From an uncultured Bacilli bacterium (lineage in GTDB: Bacteria > Bacillota_I > Bacilli_A > RF39 > UBA660), in the NCBI GenBank assembly GCA_934096645.1, contig CAKOMK010000002.1, forward strand, positions 185,645 through 249,644: a stretch of 64,000 nucleotides of DNA. Direction: 5' to 3'. Numbering within the stretch: the stretch's first letter is position 1; each line of letters starts with the position of its first letter. Shown piece after piece: positions 55,080 to 64,000 of this stretch. The notes under the pieces are model-generated. The model made no database searches. It was not told the origin of the DNA and was given only the letters and a program-made list of their open reading frames with translations. A program made the position numbers and the translations under genes.

Positions 55080-55080
55080 A

Positions 55081-56325
55081 TTATTCTGTAATAACGCTCA
55101 TAGCTTTCTTCATTAACATATCATACTTAAATAATTCTTTAGTACCGATTTCTTTAATGAAGTCTTCTTTAGTCATTTGATATTCTTTAGCTTGTGCTTC
55201 TAATGCTGTTTCAACTTCTTCATCACTTACTTCAAGTTTTTCTTTTTCAACAACAGCATCCATCATTAATCTATAACCAATTCTCTTATTAGCTTCATCT
55301 TTTAAAGTAGCCTTAAAGTCATTTAAATTAGTATTACAATATTTTAAATAATCTTCTAATTTTAATCCTTGATAAGATAATTTTTCACTAAATTCACGAG
55401 TTAATCTATTAACTTCATCTTCAGTCATTTCCTCAGGAATTTCAAATTTAGCATCACTAACTACTTTATCTAAACATTTAAATAAATATTCATCTTCTTC
55501 TCTTTTAACTTTTTCAGCTAATAAATTTTCTTTAATATATTTCTTTAAATCATCTAGTGATTCAACTCCACCAACATTTAAATCTTCAAAGAATTCTTTA
55601 TTAAATTCAGGGAATACTCTTTCTTTAACTTCTTTGATTTCAACTTTAAATACAACTGGTTTTCCTTTTAATTCTTCACTATGATAATTTTCTGGGAATG
55701 TTACTCTTACATCTTTTTTATCTCCAGCTTTTAATCCTACTAAAGCTTCTTCAAAACCAGGAATAAATGTATGTGAACCTATTTCTAAACTATAGTTTTC
55801 ACCTTTTCCACCTTTAAATGGAGTACCATTTAAGAAACCTTCAAAATCAATTACAGCAACCATACCTTCTTTGATTTTAGTTTTAGCATCTAAAGATTTA
55901 ACTTCAACGAATTGTTCTTTTAAATGACCTAATTCATGTTCAATTTCTTCATCAGTTACTTCAGCTAATTCTTTCTTGATACCTAATTTTTTATATTTTC
56001 CTAATTTAACTTCTGGAGTTGGTATTAAAGTAAATTCAATTTCAATTAAATCATTATTAATATTTTTAATATCAATTCCTGGAGTTGCAGCAGGAGTAAT
56101 AGTTTTAGGATCACTTAATAATTTAGCGTATAGAATATCTATAGCCATATTAATAGCATCCATATATAAAGTTTCTACTCCATGTTTTTTAACATATACA
56201 TCATATGGAGCTTGACCTTTTCTAAAACCATCAATCTTTACATCTTTCTTTTTCTTATTGTATGCTTCCTTTAAGCAATCTTTCCATTCTTTTCCCTCTA
56301 ATTTTAAAGTATAACTTTCTTTCAT
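55081..56325 (-). CDS. tig: Trigger factor
   Basis: GFRKGQAP ribosome-binding motif and a central FKBP-type PPIase (DFEGFLNG.PF.GG). Start set to MKESY after the GGGAGGAA SD. Confidence 0.9.
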   Translation of the reverse strand: MKESYTLKLEGKEWKDCLKEAYNKKKKDVKIDGFRKGQAPYDVYVKKHGVETLYMDAINMAIDILYAKLLSDPKTITPAATPGIDIKNINNDLIEIEFTLIPTPEVKLGKYKKLGIKKELAEVTDEEIEHELGHLKEQFVEVKSLDAKTKIKEGMVAVIDFEGFLNGTPFKGGKGENYSLEIGSHTFIPGFEEALVGLKAGDKKDVRVTFPENYHSEELKGKPVVFKVEIKEVKERVFPEFNKEFFEDLNVGGVESLDDLKKYIKENLLAEKVKREEDEYLFKCLDKVVSDAKFEIPEEMTEDEVNRLTREFSEKLSYQGLKLEDYLKYCNTNLNDFKATLKDEANKRIGYRLMMDAVVEKEKLEVSDEEVETALEAQAKEYQMTKEDFIKEIGTKELFKYDMLMKKAMSVITE

Positions 56326-56349
56326 AATTCCTCCCAATTTTTAAGTTAT

Positions 56350-56370
56350 AAAAAAGGATATTTCTATCCT
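56350..56370 (-). terminator. Hairpin/T-run after greA
   Basis: AGGATA-TTTC-TATCCT with a T-run on the minus strand. Confidence 0.5.
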
Positions 56371-56843
56371 ATTGCTACGATTTTTACAGAATAAACACCA
56401 TCAGGTGAAGATACTTCAACTGTGTCTCCAACTTTTTTACCCATTATAGCAGCAGCTATTGGACTTTCGTTAGATATTTTATTATTAAATGGATCAGCTT
56501 CTTGGCTACCTACAATTTTATAACTTTCAGTATCATCATCATCTTCATATTTTAATTGTACTTCACAACCAATACCTACTTTTCCATCGCTTTCAGCTTT
56601 ATCTATAACAGTTGCATGCTCTAAAGCATATTCAACTTCAACAATTCTCTTTTCTAAATTAGCTTGATCTTCTCTAGCTTGTTCATATTCTGAATTTTCA
56701 GATAAGTCACCTAAAGCTCTAGCTTCCTTTAAAGTTTGAGTTACTTCTTTTCTTTTTTCAGTCTTTAGATAATGTAATTCATTTTCTAATTCTAAATAAC
56801 CTTCACTTGTTAAAAATATCTCCTTCTTTTTCATTTTTGCCAC
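56364..56843 (-). CDS. greA: Transcription elongation factor GreA
   Basis: N-terminal coiled coil with GDLSENSEYEQARE, plus the C-terminal globular domain. Confidence 0.9.
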   Translation of the reverse strand: MAKMKKKEIFLTSEGYLELENELHYLKTEKRKEVTQTLKEARALGDLSENSEYEQAREDQANLEKRIVEVEYALEHATVIDKAESDGKVGIGCEVQLKYEDDDDTESYKIVGSQEADPFNNKISNESPIAAAIMGKKVGDTVEVSSPDGVYSVKIVAIG

Positions 56844-56888
56844 CTCTTTCGCGTACTCATAAGATAATACTATAAAATGCTCATTTTG

Positions 56889-58064
56889 TCAAGATATTAT
56901 AACCCTTAAGATGTCATTTGGATACACTTTAAAAGGCACTTTTATTCTAACAATTTCTTGAGCATGACTAGCAGAATCAACTCTTTCTTGATCCTTATTT
57001 ATAATATATTCAACTTTAAATTTTTTAGTGCTTGTATTAGGCCCAAATACCTCAATATAGTCTCCTACACTAAACTTATTTCTTTGTTCAACTACAGCTT
57101 CACCAGTTTCATTATCATAAGATAACACAAGACCTAAAAAGTCTTGGTTACTTATTTCTTGTCTACCATTAAAATATTGGCCCTCAACTCCAACTTCACC
57201 ATCATAAAACTGAGCAATATTTTCACGATTAGATACTCTATTTAATACTTTCTTATAATATATAATATCTTCTTCCGTTAAACTTCCATCAATCTTTTTA
57301 TCCATAATAGTTCTATAAGCATTAGCAACAGTTGCTATATAATATAAACTCTTCATTCTACCTTCTATTTTATATGATTCAATTCCTAAATCCATCATAT
57401 CAGATAAACAATCAATCATATTTAAATCCTTAGAAGAAAAAGCATAATCATAAGAAGTATCATTATCAAATGTAAATCTACATACTTGACTACATCCACC
57501 TCTATTAGAATCTCTTAAAGTTACATAATTACTCATAACACATCTTCCACTATATGATGTACACATCGCACCATGAATAAATACTTCAACCTCAGTATCA
57601 ATATTTTCTTTAATACGTTTAATATCTTCACGAGAACATTCACGAGCCAAAACAACTCTATATGCTCCTAAACTTTTATAAAACTTTACTGCCTCTAAAT
57701 TAGTAATAGACTTTTGAGTAGAAATAAAAAACTTAGTCTTTAATTTAAGACGTTTAATAGCCTCTATAACAGCCATATCACTAATAATAAACGAATCAAT
57801 CCCAATAGAATCTAAATCAATTAAATACTTATCTAAACCATTCAAATCCTCATTATGAAATATCATATTTACAGTAACATATACTTTCTTACCTCTCTCA
57901 TGAGCAAACTCTACACCTTCTCTAATCTCATCAAGAGAAAAATTATTAGCATTAGCTCTCAAACTATAATTTTGACCACCAATATATACAGCATCAGCAC
58001 CATACATAATAGCAAACTTAAGCCTATTCAAATCCCCAGCAGGCAATAACAACTCATAACTCAT
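56889..58064 (-). CDS. Peptidase U32 family protein (YrrO/TrhP2-like)
   Basis: LLLPAGDL...AIMYGADAVYIGG start and E..VFIHGAMC..YSGRC U32 signature; position after the yrrN-like gene as in B. subtilis. Confidence 0.75.
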   Translation of the reverse strand: MSYELLLPAGDLNRLKFAIMYGADAVYIGGQNYSLRANANNFSLDEIREGVEFAHERGKKVYVTVNMIFHNEDLNGLDKYLIDLDSIGIDSFIISDMAVIEAIKRLKLKTKFFISTQKSITNLEAVKFYKSLGAYRVVLARECSREDIKRIKENIDTEVEVFIHGAMCTSYSGRCVMSNYVTLRDSNRGGCSQVCRFTFDNDTSYDYAFSSKDLNMIDCLSDMMDLGIESYKIEGRMKSLYYIATVANAYRTIMDKKIDGSLTEEDIIYYKKVLNRVSNRENIAQFYDGEVGVEGQYFNGRQEISNQDFLGLVLSYDNETGEAVVEQRNKFSVGDYIEVFGPNTSTKKFKVEYIINKDQERVDSASHAQEIVRIKVPFKVYPNDILRVIIS

Positions 58065-58870
58065 TTTATATCACCTATCTTATACTTAATATCATTTTCT
58101 AAAAAATAATAATCACAATCAATCAAATCACATAACTTATTATTATCAATATTTTCTAAAATCATTCTTTCATTTAATTCATCAATATAACTAAAATCAA
58201 TAATTTTATTTATCTTACTTAAATCACTCAAATACTTAGAAGCACAAAATATCTTATCATACTTAACAATACTTCCATCCTCTTCATAAATATCAAGTTT
58301 CTTTTTAGATATATTTTCATACAATAAATAATGATTATCTTTATGATTATTAATACTATAATTCTTATCAAAATTACTAACTAATTTTCTTCTAGAATAC
58401 ATAATATTATTTTTAGCTATATAGTAATAATATAAGTTAGATTCACTCTTATCAATAATTTCTTTAATTTCTTTAATAGTTAAATCATTATTAATAACTA
58501 CATCTTTAATACCAATATCATATAAATAATTAATAGCTTTATAATTAGATAAAATATGATTTTCATATAAAACTAATCTTTTCATATCAATAATATCAGT
58601 AAGACCTATATCTTCAACTATAAATTTAATCTTATCATTAAATTTTTTATATAAATCTCTAAATTTAACTATATTATTATGTAAAAATTTATTCATAAGT
58701 ACATATACTTCATGACTATTAGATAAGTCATTTATTTCATCTATATCAAAATAAACTTCACATCCAATACTATAATCTTTTAAAGGTAAAACAAAAGAAT
58801 TTAAGTTATATTTTTCATAATAACTTAAATCTTTTTTATTTGGTAAAATTATATATTTTTCTTTCTGCAT
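58061..58870 (-). CDS. U32-related protein (YrrN/TrhP1-like); assignment mainly by synteny
   Basis: Lies between the YrrM-like methyltransferase and the YrrO-like U32 gene, with 4-nt and 22-nt overlaps. The sequence is divergent and lacks the U32 Cys signature. Confidence 0.5.
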   Translation of the reverse strand: MQKEKYIILPNKKDLSYYEKYNLNSFVLPLKDYSIGCEVYFDIDEINDLSNSHEVYVLMNKFLHNNIVKFRDLYKKFNDKIKFIVEDIGLTDIIDMKRLVLYENHILSNYKAINYLYDIGIKDVVINNDLTIKEIKEIIDKSESNLYYYYIAKNNIMYSRRKLVSNFDKNYSINNHKDNHYLLYENISKKKLDIYEEDGSIVKYDKIFCASKYLSDLSKINKIIDFSYIDELNERMILENIDNNKLCDLIDCDYYFLENDIKYKIGDIK

Positions 58871-59439
58871 ATACCTAATCTATCACCTACTTCTATATAT
58901 TCTACATCATACTCAGTATTATTATCTAAAAAATCTAAGAATTTTTCGATTTTACGAACCATTTGTCTTAAATTTCTACTTTTAATTTCACTACTTCTTC
59001 CAACATAACCATGAAATTCTAAATTATCAATAATAATTATTCCATTTTCATTTAAATTATTTTTATATTTATTAAAGAATCTCATATTTTGACTTTTAGC
59101 AGCATCTATTATAAGTAAATCATATTTACCTTCTATAATAGCATCAGTAGCATCTCCAAATATTAATTCAATATTTTTAAGTCCACTTTTTTTTACATTA
59201 GAAGAAGCTATTTTATATCTTTCTTCATCTCTTTCAATACTAGTTATCTTTTCCACTCCAGGAGTAGAAGCAAAACAAATTGTTGAATATGCAATAGCTG
59301 TACCTATTTCAAGTATAGATTTAATATTATTTTCTTTTATAATATTTTGTATTGTTTCAATACTATCTTCACTCATAATAGGTACATTATTTTCTTTTCC
59401 ATATTCTTCTATTTCTAGTATTAATTGTACTCTATCCAT
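58849..59439 (-). CDS. SAM-dependent O-methyltransferase, family 3 (YrrM/TrmR-like)
   Basis: ILEIGTAIAYSTICFA (motif I) and DLLIIDAAKSQN; position after mltG as in B. subtilis. Confidence 0.75.
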   Translation of the reverse strand: MDRVQLILEIEEYGKENNVPIMSEDSIETIQNIIKENNIKSILEIGTAIAYSTICFASTPGVEKITSIERDEERYKIASSNVKKSGLKNIELIFGDATDAIIEGKYDLLIIDAAKSQNMRFFNKYKNNLNENGIIIIDNLEFHGYVGRSSEIKSRNLRQMVRKIEKFLDFLDNNTEYDVEYIEVGDRLGICRKKNI

Positions 59440-60509
59440 AATCCTTCTCTTTTCAATCTATTAACAGTACTAACATGACCACTATCCGTTTCATTAAAAT
59501 ATGTTTTTCCTGTTTTATCAGCTACAAAATAATAATATTTATGTTTAGTAGGATTAATAGTCGCAGTTATAGATTCAATACCTGGATTACATATAGGTCC
59601 AACAGGTAATTTACCAGCCATACATGTACTTCTAGTATTATAACTATTACAAGCACTTAATTCACTTTGCTTTAAATCTCTACTAAAATTATCTATCTTT
59701 TCAGCATAATAAGTAGTAACATCACTACCTAAACTCCATCCATCATTAAGTCTATTATAAAATACTCCAGCAACACCACTTCTATCACCAGCATTACCAG
59801 CTTCTTGTTCAATAATTGAAGCAAGTGTTAGCATTTCATGAAATGAATACTTACTACTTTCAATATCATTTTTATATTTATCAATTTTGTTTTCCATATT
59901 ATCAAGCATTTTTCTAAATATATCATCTACATCAGCAGAAGCATAAAATTCATATGTATCTGGAAATAAATATCCTTCTAATGAATAATAAATATTTTTA
60001 TTTTTAATCTCATCAGTTAAAAACCAATATTCACTAATTAATTCATCTAAATATTTTTCATTGCTAAGTTTCTTTGATATTTCTTCTTCACTAATTTCAA
60101 AATTATCAGTTATAGTTTTAATAACATACCTCATATTTTTTCCTTCAGTAAATGTTACTCTTTTAGTTGCAGCTAAAGACACACTTCCTTTTTCTAAAGT
60201 AGTTATTAATTCTTCTAGATCATAATTAGTTTTAAGAATATAATCTCCAAACTCTAAATCTTTAGGTGGATTTAACTTAATATATATTTTATAAGCTAGT
60301 TCAGATCTAATTAAATTATTATCTTTTAACATACCACCTATACTACTATAAGTGCTACCCTCACTAACATTTATATTAACGCTTTCACTCTTACTACTAG
60401 GTGCACCTATCAAATAAAAATAAGCTCCTACCATACATCCAGCTACTATAATAATTAACACTATTATAAATAATAAAAATTTTTTAAAATTAAATACTTT
60501 CTTTTTCAT
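59421..60509 (-). CDS. mltG: Endolytic murein transglycosylase MltG (YceG-like)
   Basis: N-terminal TM helix, LysM-like segment, ASIIEQEA catalytic-region motif and GLPP/GPICNPG tail. Confidence 0.85.
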   Translation of the reverse strand: MKKKVFNFKKFLLFIIVLIIIVAGCMVGAYFYLIGAPSSKSESVNINVSEGSTYSSIGGMLKDNNLIRSELAYKIYIKLNPPKDLEFGDYILKTNYDLEELITTLEKGSVSLAATKRVTFTEGKNMRYVIKTITDNFEISEEEISKKLSNEKYLDELISEYWFLTDEIKNKNIYYSLEGYLFPDTYEFYASADVDDIFRKMLDNMENKIDKYKNDIESSKYSFHEMLTLASIIEQEAGNAGDRSGVAGVFYNRLNDGWSLGSDVTTYYAEKIDNFSRDLKQSELSACNSYNTRSTCMAGKLPVGPICNPGIESITATINPTKHKYYYFVADKTGKTYFNETDSGHVSTVNRLKREGLWIEYN

Positions 60510-60774
60510 CCTTTTTTCCTTCTAATGAATTTAATATTTTTTCTATAAATTCAAATTCTTCCTTCATTTCTACAGGTTTAAACTTAGTCATATTTCCTTT
60601 ATCACTCAAAATATATGTAGAAGCATAACATTTAACACTTCCATCGCTATTCTTACGTTCATCAGTATATACAACATAATTAACATCATTTGTAGTATCT
60701 TCTATATTTAAAAGAATTCTATATTCTTTTTTATTACCCTTCTTATCTTTTAAAGTTAGATAATTATCTTTCAT
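60490..60774 (-). CDS. DUF1292 (YrzB-like) protein
   Basis: LKDKKGNKKEYRILLNIE...YVVYTD... followed by an acidic C-terminus; conserved position between ruvX and mltG. Confidence 0.6.
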   Translation of the reverse strand: MKDNYLTLKDKKGNKKEYRILLNIEDTTNDVNYVVYTDERKNSDGSVKCYASTYILSDKGNMTKFKPVEMKEEFEFIEKILNSLEGKKDEKESI

Positions 60775-61183
60775 TCTTACTCCTGTCTAAATAACCTTGT
60801 AATATAATAGTTGCAGCTACTTTATCAATAACTTTTTTTCTATTTTTTCTCTTTTCATCATTACTAATAAGCATTCTTTCAGCTTCTACAGTAGATAATC
60901 TTTCATCTTGCGTAATAACTTCTTTTCCAAATTTCTCTTCTAATAATTTTTTAAATTCAAATGTAATTTCACTTCTTTTAGAAATACTACCATCTAAATT
61001 AAGTGGATTACCCAAGACAAAAGAATCAACTTTTCTTGATTCCACTATTTTACTTAACTTATCTAATAACTCATCATAATTATTATATCTAAGCACTTCA
61101 AGAGAAGTAGCTATAGTTGAAGTTCTATCACTAATTGCTAATCCTAAAGTTTTACTTCCTAAATCTAATCCTAAATATATCAT
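60764..61183 (-). CDS. ruvX: Putative pre-16S rRNA nuclease / Holliday junction resolvase-like YqgF
   Basis: IYLGLDLGSKTLGLAISD start, DERLST and AATIILQGYL motifs. Confidence 0.85.
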   Translation of the reverse strand: MIYLGLDLGSKTLGLAISDRTSTIATSLEVLRYNNYDELLDKLSKIVESRKVDSFVLGNPLNLDGSISKRSEITFEFKKLLEEKFGKEVITQDERLSTVEAERMLISNDEKRKNRKKVIDKVAATIILQGYLDRSKNER

Positions 61184-61437
61184 TTATTTATAAAATCCAC
61201 TAGCATTACTTCTAGTATATCTTCCCTTTTAAATTCAAGAATTCTATTTCTACATTCTTTATAACTAGAAATATATCCAGGATCTCCACTAATTAAATAA
61301 GCCACTATTTGTTTAATAGCTTCATATCCTCTTTCTTCCAAATCTTCAATTATAGAAATTAAAGCACTTTTAGTTTTTTCATCAACAATTCTTTTAGTAT
61401 CAACAACAACAGTTTCATCATTCATAAAATCATCCAC
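61180..61437 (-). CDS. UPF0297 protein (IreB/YrzL-like)
   Basis: LEERGYEAIKQIVAYLISGDPGYISSYKECRNRI signature. Confidence 0.7.
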   Translation of the reverse strand: MDDFMNDETVVVDTKRIVDEKTKSALISIIEDLEERGYEAIKQIVAYLISGDPGYISSYKECRNRILEFKREDILEVMLVDFINK

Positions 61438-61505
61438 TTCCTTACAACATATTTTATCAAATTATTTAATATTTCACAATAATATTATAGTTTTATTTTT
61501 ATAAG

Positions 61506-61535
61506 AAAAAAGTATTGATTATTGCAATACTTTTT
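61506..61535 (-). terminator. Intrinsic terminator after the Flg_new-repeat surface protein gene
   Basis: AAGTATTG-ATTATTG-CAATACTT flanked by A/T runs. Confidence 0.65.
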
Positions 61536-61551
61536 ATATTTAATACAAACA

Positions 61552-63507
61552 CTAAAAATATCCATTACAAGATCTATTCTCTTCAATACCTACACCATCA
61601 ATAACACCAAAACTCCTATACTCTGAATATCCATTTTTACTTGTACTATCATTACAAGAAGGTAATATAGACCAAGATTTACTATAAAGAATATAAACTA
61701 TATCACAATTAGCAATACATTCTAAAGTCCTTGCTCCATCAATAGCATTACAATATTTGCTATATAATGAACCATATGATGAGTTCCTTAAATACTCTAA
61801 TTGTTTTCTTGCATTTTTACTTCTACCTTTTCCAAATATAGTAACACAACTATTTTGATTCATTGTAATATTTATTCTAAGATCACATGATGGTTGTACT
61901 GTAGGATTTTGTGAAAAAGAAACATTAGAATACATAATATCATACCAATTATAAGTAGTTCCACCTAAATTTAATCTATCAGGTAAATATTGTTTAGAAT
62001 AAATCTTACTAGCTATAGTAGCTTTAGTTGGATAATTAATTCTTGCTCCAGTAGTATAGACAGTTGAAGATATTAATGTTGAACCGACATAAAATTCTGT
62101 CTTGTGTGAATTCTCCGTCCAATGAGCATACAATGTATGATTACTTGCTGTAGTCATTATTGTATCACTCGTTATTTTTGTTCCACCAGTTACTGAAGTA
62201 TACCATCCATCAAATATATATCCAGTTCTACTAACAGAAGCTAAGTTACCATATTTACTGTTATATGTAACACTAACTGTCCCAGCACTATTAGATGTTC
62301 CATCATTTTTAAGAAGAGTCACTACATACGTATTAGCCGTCCAACGAGCATATAATGTTTGAGTACTATTAATTTTAACAGTAGTATTATTTGTTACTTG
62401 TGTCCCACCACTGGCTGTTGTATACCAGCCTAGGAATGAGTATCCAGTTCTACTTGCTGTTGGCAAAGTCCCATAATTTGTATCATAAACAACTGTCTTA
62501 TTGGAATAACTTGGTGTACCATTATTTCCATCAAATATAACTGTATAGCTTTTTGGATTCCAATGTGCATATAATGTTTTAGCTTCTGGTGTATCTAAAA
62601 TGCTAGAACTATCAATTCTATTACCATTTACTTGTTCAGTATACCAACCAGCAAATCCATATCCTTCTCTTGTTGGTTCTGGTAATGTTCCATATGATTT
62701 AGTATAAGTTACTTTTTTACTATTTTTTCCAGTTAATGTTCCACCATTAGCATTAAATGTAATTTCATATTCTTTCTCTTTAACTTTGAAAAAACATTCT
62801 ACATCATTCACAACATTTGAAATAACCAATTTTTTTAAAGTAGGACTATAACCAGCAGCATTACATAAATTAGCTCCTTCTTCTGATGTATCATATTCAT
62901 ATCCATCTTTAAAGTTTATATAAAAGACTGCATCTCTATTCATAATTATATTAGTTTCACATCTATCTTCTCCACACTTATTATTATTTATATAGATAGA
63001 ATTAATTAATTTTTCTCTATTAGCTTTTATAATTACTTGATATGATTTATCTATTACCCATGGATTAGAATATGTTCCTTTTCCAGTAACTCTTGTTTTA
63101 TTTCTAACATATTCTACAATTCTATTATTATATATATCTGTCTTTGGATATGCACTCTTACCTATAACATATGCATTATTATTATCTCCAGTTAAAGACC
63201 AATATCCATTCACGTCATAAAGCCAAGATGAATCATCACTATTAGTTTTTGAAATATCAAACTCATATTTATTGATAAGTCCACCTTTTCTAAATCCAGA
63301 AACGCTGAATATTCCATCTTCACTAAATCCATATTTAGTATCTTCTGAAATAATATACTTAGAGTAATCTTCTTCAAAATTATTTTCCATATATTTATTA
63401 GCTATATTCTTTCCATCTTCAAATGTTCCAGCACTAATAAATATAGGTATAAAACATAATGTAAATACTAAAGGTGTTAATTTTAAAAGTTTTTTCATCT
63501 TTATCAC
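61552..63507 (-). CDS. Secreted Cys-containing surface protein with three Listeria-Bacteroides (Flg_new-type) repeats
   Basis: Signal peptide; three ~73-aa repeats of Y.(I/V).F..NGG......V.Y...YG.LP...R.GY.F.GWYT.....I......TLYA(H/R)W. Confidence 0.7.
   Translation of the reverse strand: MIKMKKLLKLTPLVFTLCFIPIFISAGTFEDGKNIANKYMENNFEEDYSKYIISEDTKYGFSEDGIFSVSGFRKGGLINKYEFDISKTNSDDSSWLYDVNGYWSLTGDNNNAYVIGKSAYPKTDIYNNRIVEYVRNKTRVTGKGTYSNPWVIDKSYQVIIKANREKLINSIYINNNKCGEDRCETNIIMNRDAVFYINFKDGYEYDTSEEGANLCNAAGYSPTLKKLVISNVVNDVECFFKVKEKEYEITFNANGGTLTGKNSKKVTYTKSYGTLPEPTREGYGFAGWYTEQVNGNRIDSSSILDTPEAKTLYAHWNPKSYTVIFDGNNGTPSYSNKTVVYDTNYGTLPTASRTGYSFLGWYTTASGGTQVTNNTTVKINSTQTLYARWTANTYVVTLLKNDGTSNSAGTVSVTYNSKYGNLASVSRTGYIFDGWYTSVTGGTKITSDTIMTTASNHTLYAHWTENSHKTEFYVGSTLISSTVYTTGARINYPTKATIASKIYSKQYLPDRLNLGGTTYNWYDIMYSNVSFSQNPTVQPSCDLRINITMNQNSCVTIFGKGRSKNARKQLEYLRNSSYGSLYSKYCNAIDGARTLECIANCDIVYILYSKSWSILPSCNDSTSKNGYSEYRSFGVIDGVGIEENRSCNGYF
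62110..62772 (-). repeat. Three tandem ~220-bp coding repeats (Flg_new-type modules)
   Basis: Protein repeats YEITFNANGG...LYAHWNPKS / YTVIFDGNNG...LYARWTANT / YVVTLLKNDG...LYAHWTENS. Confidence 0.7.
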
Positions 63508-63549
63508 CTATTTATTATACAATTATTCTATCATATATATTTCAAAATT

Positions 63550-63574
63550 AAAAGCAACTTTAAAAGTCGCTTTT
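63550..63574 (-). terminator. Intrinsic terminator after the partial Cys-rich protein gene
   Basis: Minus-strand RNA AAAGCGACU-UUUAA-AGUUGCUUU. The stem has one G-U pair on the minus strand but an A-C mismatch on the plus strand, which fits the minus orientation. Confidence 0.6.
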
Positions 63575-64000
63575 ATTGATAAATCGTTGTTGATTCACAT
63601 TGTACTGATGATGAACCAGCACAACTACTTAAATTATAATCAGACCAACCACCCCATGAACCACATCCACATGTTCCACAGTCATTAGGATAATTATAAT
63701 AGCCACCATTGGCAACAGCGCTTTCAGAACATGTATAATAACTTACTTTTGCTTTTGAATCCCAATGATCTAAAGTACAGTTAGGGCAATTCCTACAACT
63801 TTTAGTAACAGTCCAAACACAATTACGGTTTATTAAAGTGCCTCTTGAACATGAATATCGACTTACCCATCCACAACTTTTACATGATGAACAAGTTCTC
63901 TTTCTATAAACAGTAGCTTTTGTAACTGTTGCTGTAGCACATGTTGTTACATTTCCTGCATTATCTTTAACTTGATAAGTTTGACTTGTAGTAACATTAT
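63573..64000 (-). CDS. 3' end of a Cys-rich secreted protein (5' part lies outside the window)
   Basis: My translation: ...QVKDNAGNVTTCATATVTKATVYRKRTCSSCKSCGW...CPNCTLDHW...NDCGTCGCGSWGGWSDYNLSSCAGSSSVQCESTTIYQ*. The frame is open to the window edge and is followed by a terminator. Confidence 0.5.
   Translation of the reverse strand, partial: NVTTSQTYQVKDNAGNVTTCATATVTKATVYRKRTCSSCKSCGWVSRYSCSRGTLINRNCVWTVTKSCRNCPNCTLDHWDSKAKVSYYTCSESAVANGGYYNYPNDCGTCGCGSWGGWSDYNLSSCAGSSSVQCESTTIYQ

Noticed and set aside
1218-58049. Remaining antisense or overlapping track ORFs: 1218..1406, 1553..1768, 4004..4189, 5685..6134, 6454..6651, 8790..9239, 10795..10992, 13794..13982, 19135..19320, 20904..21245, 22586..22768, 29330..29518, 34375..34560, 36704..37111, 49281..49493, 54275..54532, 55976..56215, 57855..58049
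   Set aside because: Each lies opposite a gene with strong family motifs, lacks an SD, and encodes Ile/Ser/Leu/Phe/Asn-rich low-complexity peptides, as expected by chance in AT-rich DNA.
1-64000. Mollicute-type genetic code (UGA = Trp)
   Set aside because: Long ORFs are intact under the standard code. TGA is used as a terminator (for example 31356-31358), and the Trp codons I checked are TGG.
1-64000. Mobile elements, prophage, defence islands
   Set aside because: I recognised no transposase, integrase or recombinase, no phage structural genes, no restriction-modification, toxin-antitoxin or cas signatures, and no long terminal or direct repeats. The only accessory-looking stretch (22869..25670) encodes ordinary enzymes.

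Overview
This window is a densely coding, very AT-rich chromosomal segment from a low-GC Gram-positive (Firmicutes-type) bacterium. It uses the standard genetic code: TGA ends ORFs and Trp is TGG. There are about 65 genes, nearly all on the minus strand, and most are followed by an AT-rich hairpin plus T-run terminator.

The content is mostly housekeeping and sits in Bacillus-subtilis-like synteny blocks:
- murG; rpsU-yqeY; rpsB-tsf
- recU-ponA beside nth-dnaD
- cca, hup, topA, clpB
- ftsW-mraY; holA; mraZ-rsmH-ftsL-pbp2B
- a heterodimeric ABC exporter; hemW
- rsgA, gltX, tex, tig, greA
- ireB-ruvX-DUF1292-mltG-trmR-trhP1-trhP2

There are two tRNAs, Arg-UCU and Ser-GCU. GerM-, GerE- and SpoIIIAH-like genes suggest a spore-forming lineage. 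I found no transposase, integrase, CRISPR array or prophage.

Stand-out observations:
1. A hybrid-kinase -> Hpt -> receiver phosphorelay. The terminal receiver is intact but has no start codon and lies in the +1 frame behind a CCC-TAG-T junction. It sits directly after 14 phased 27-bp GC-rich repeats that encode a PVQPVAPAT linker.
2. Two tandem, separately transcribed sigma-70 paralogues. They share a novel N-terminal domain and a near-identical leader that places the Shine-Dalgarno sequence in a hairpin loop.
3. Two adjacent secreted proteins that share a C-terminal two-helix membrane module with VirB2/TrbC-like topology. No secretion machinery is nearby.
4. An orphan 624-aa pseudopilin-like protein.
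5. A split Aas-like cassette (acyltransferase / acyl-AMP ligase / acyltransferase).

Two regulatory sites are clear: a CIRCE operator wrapped around the clpB promoter, and a 10-bp-phased MraZ-box array in front of mraZ.

All functional calls come from motif recognition by eye; no database search was run.
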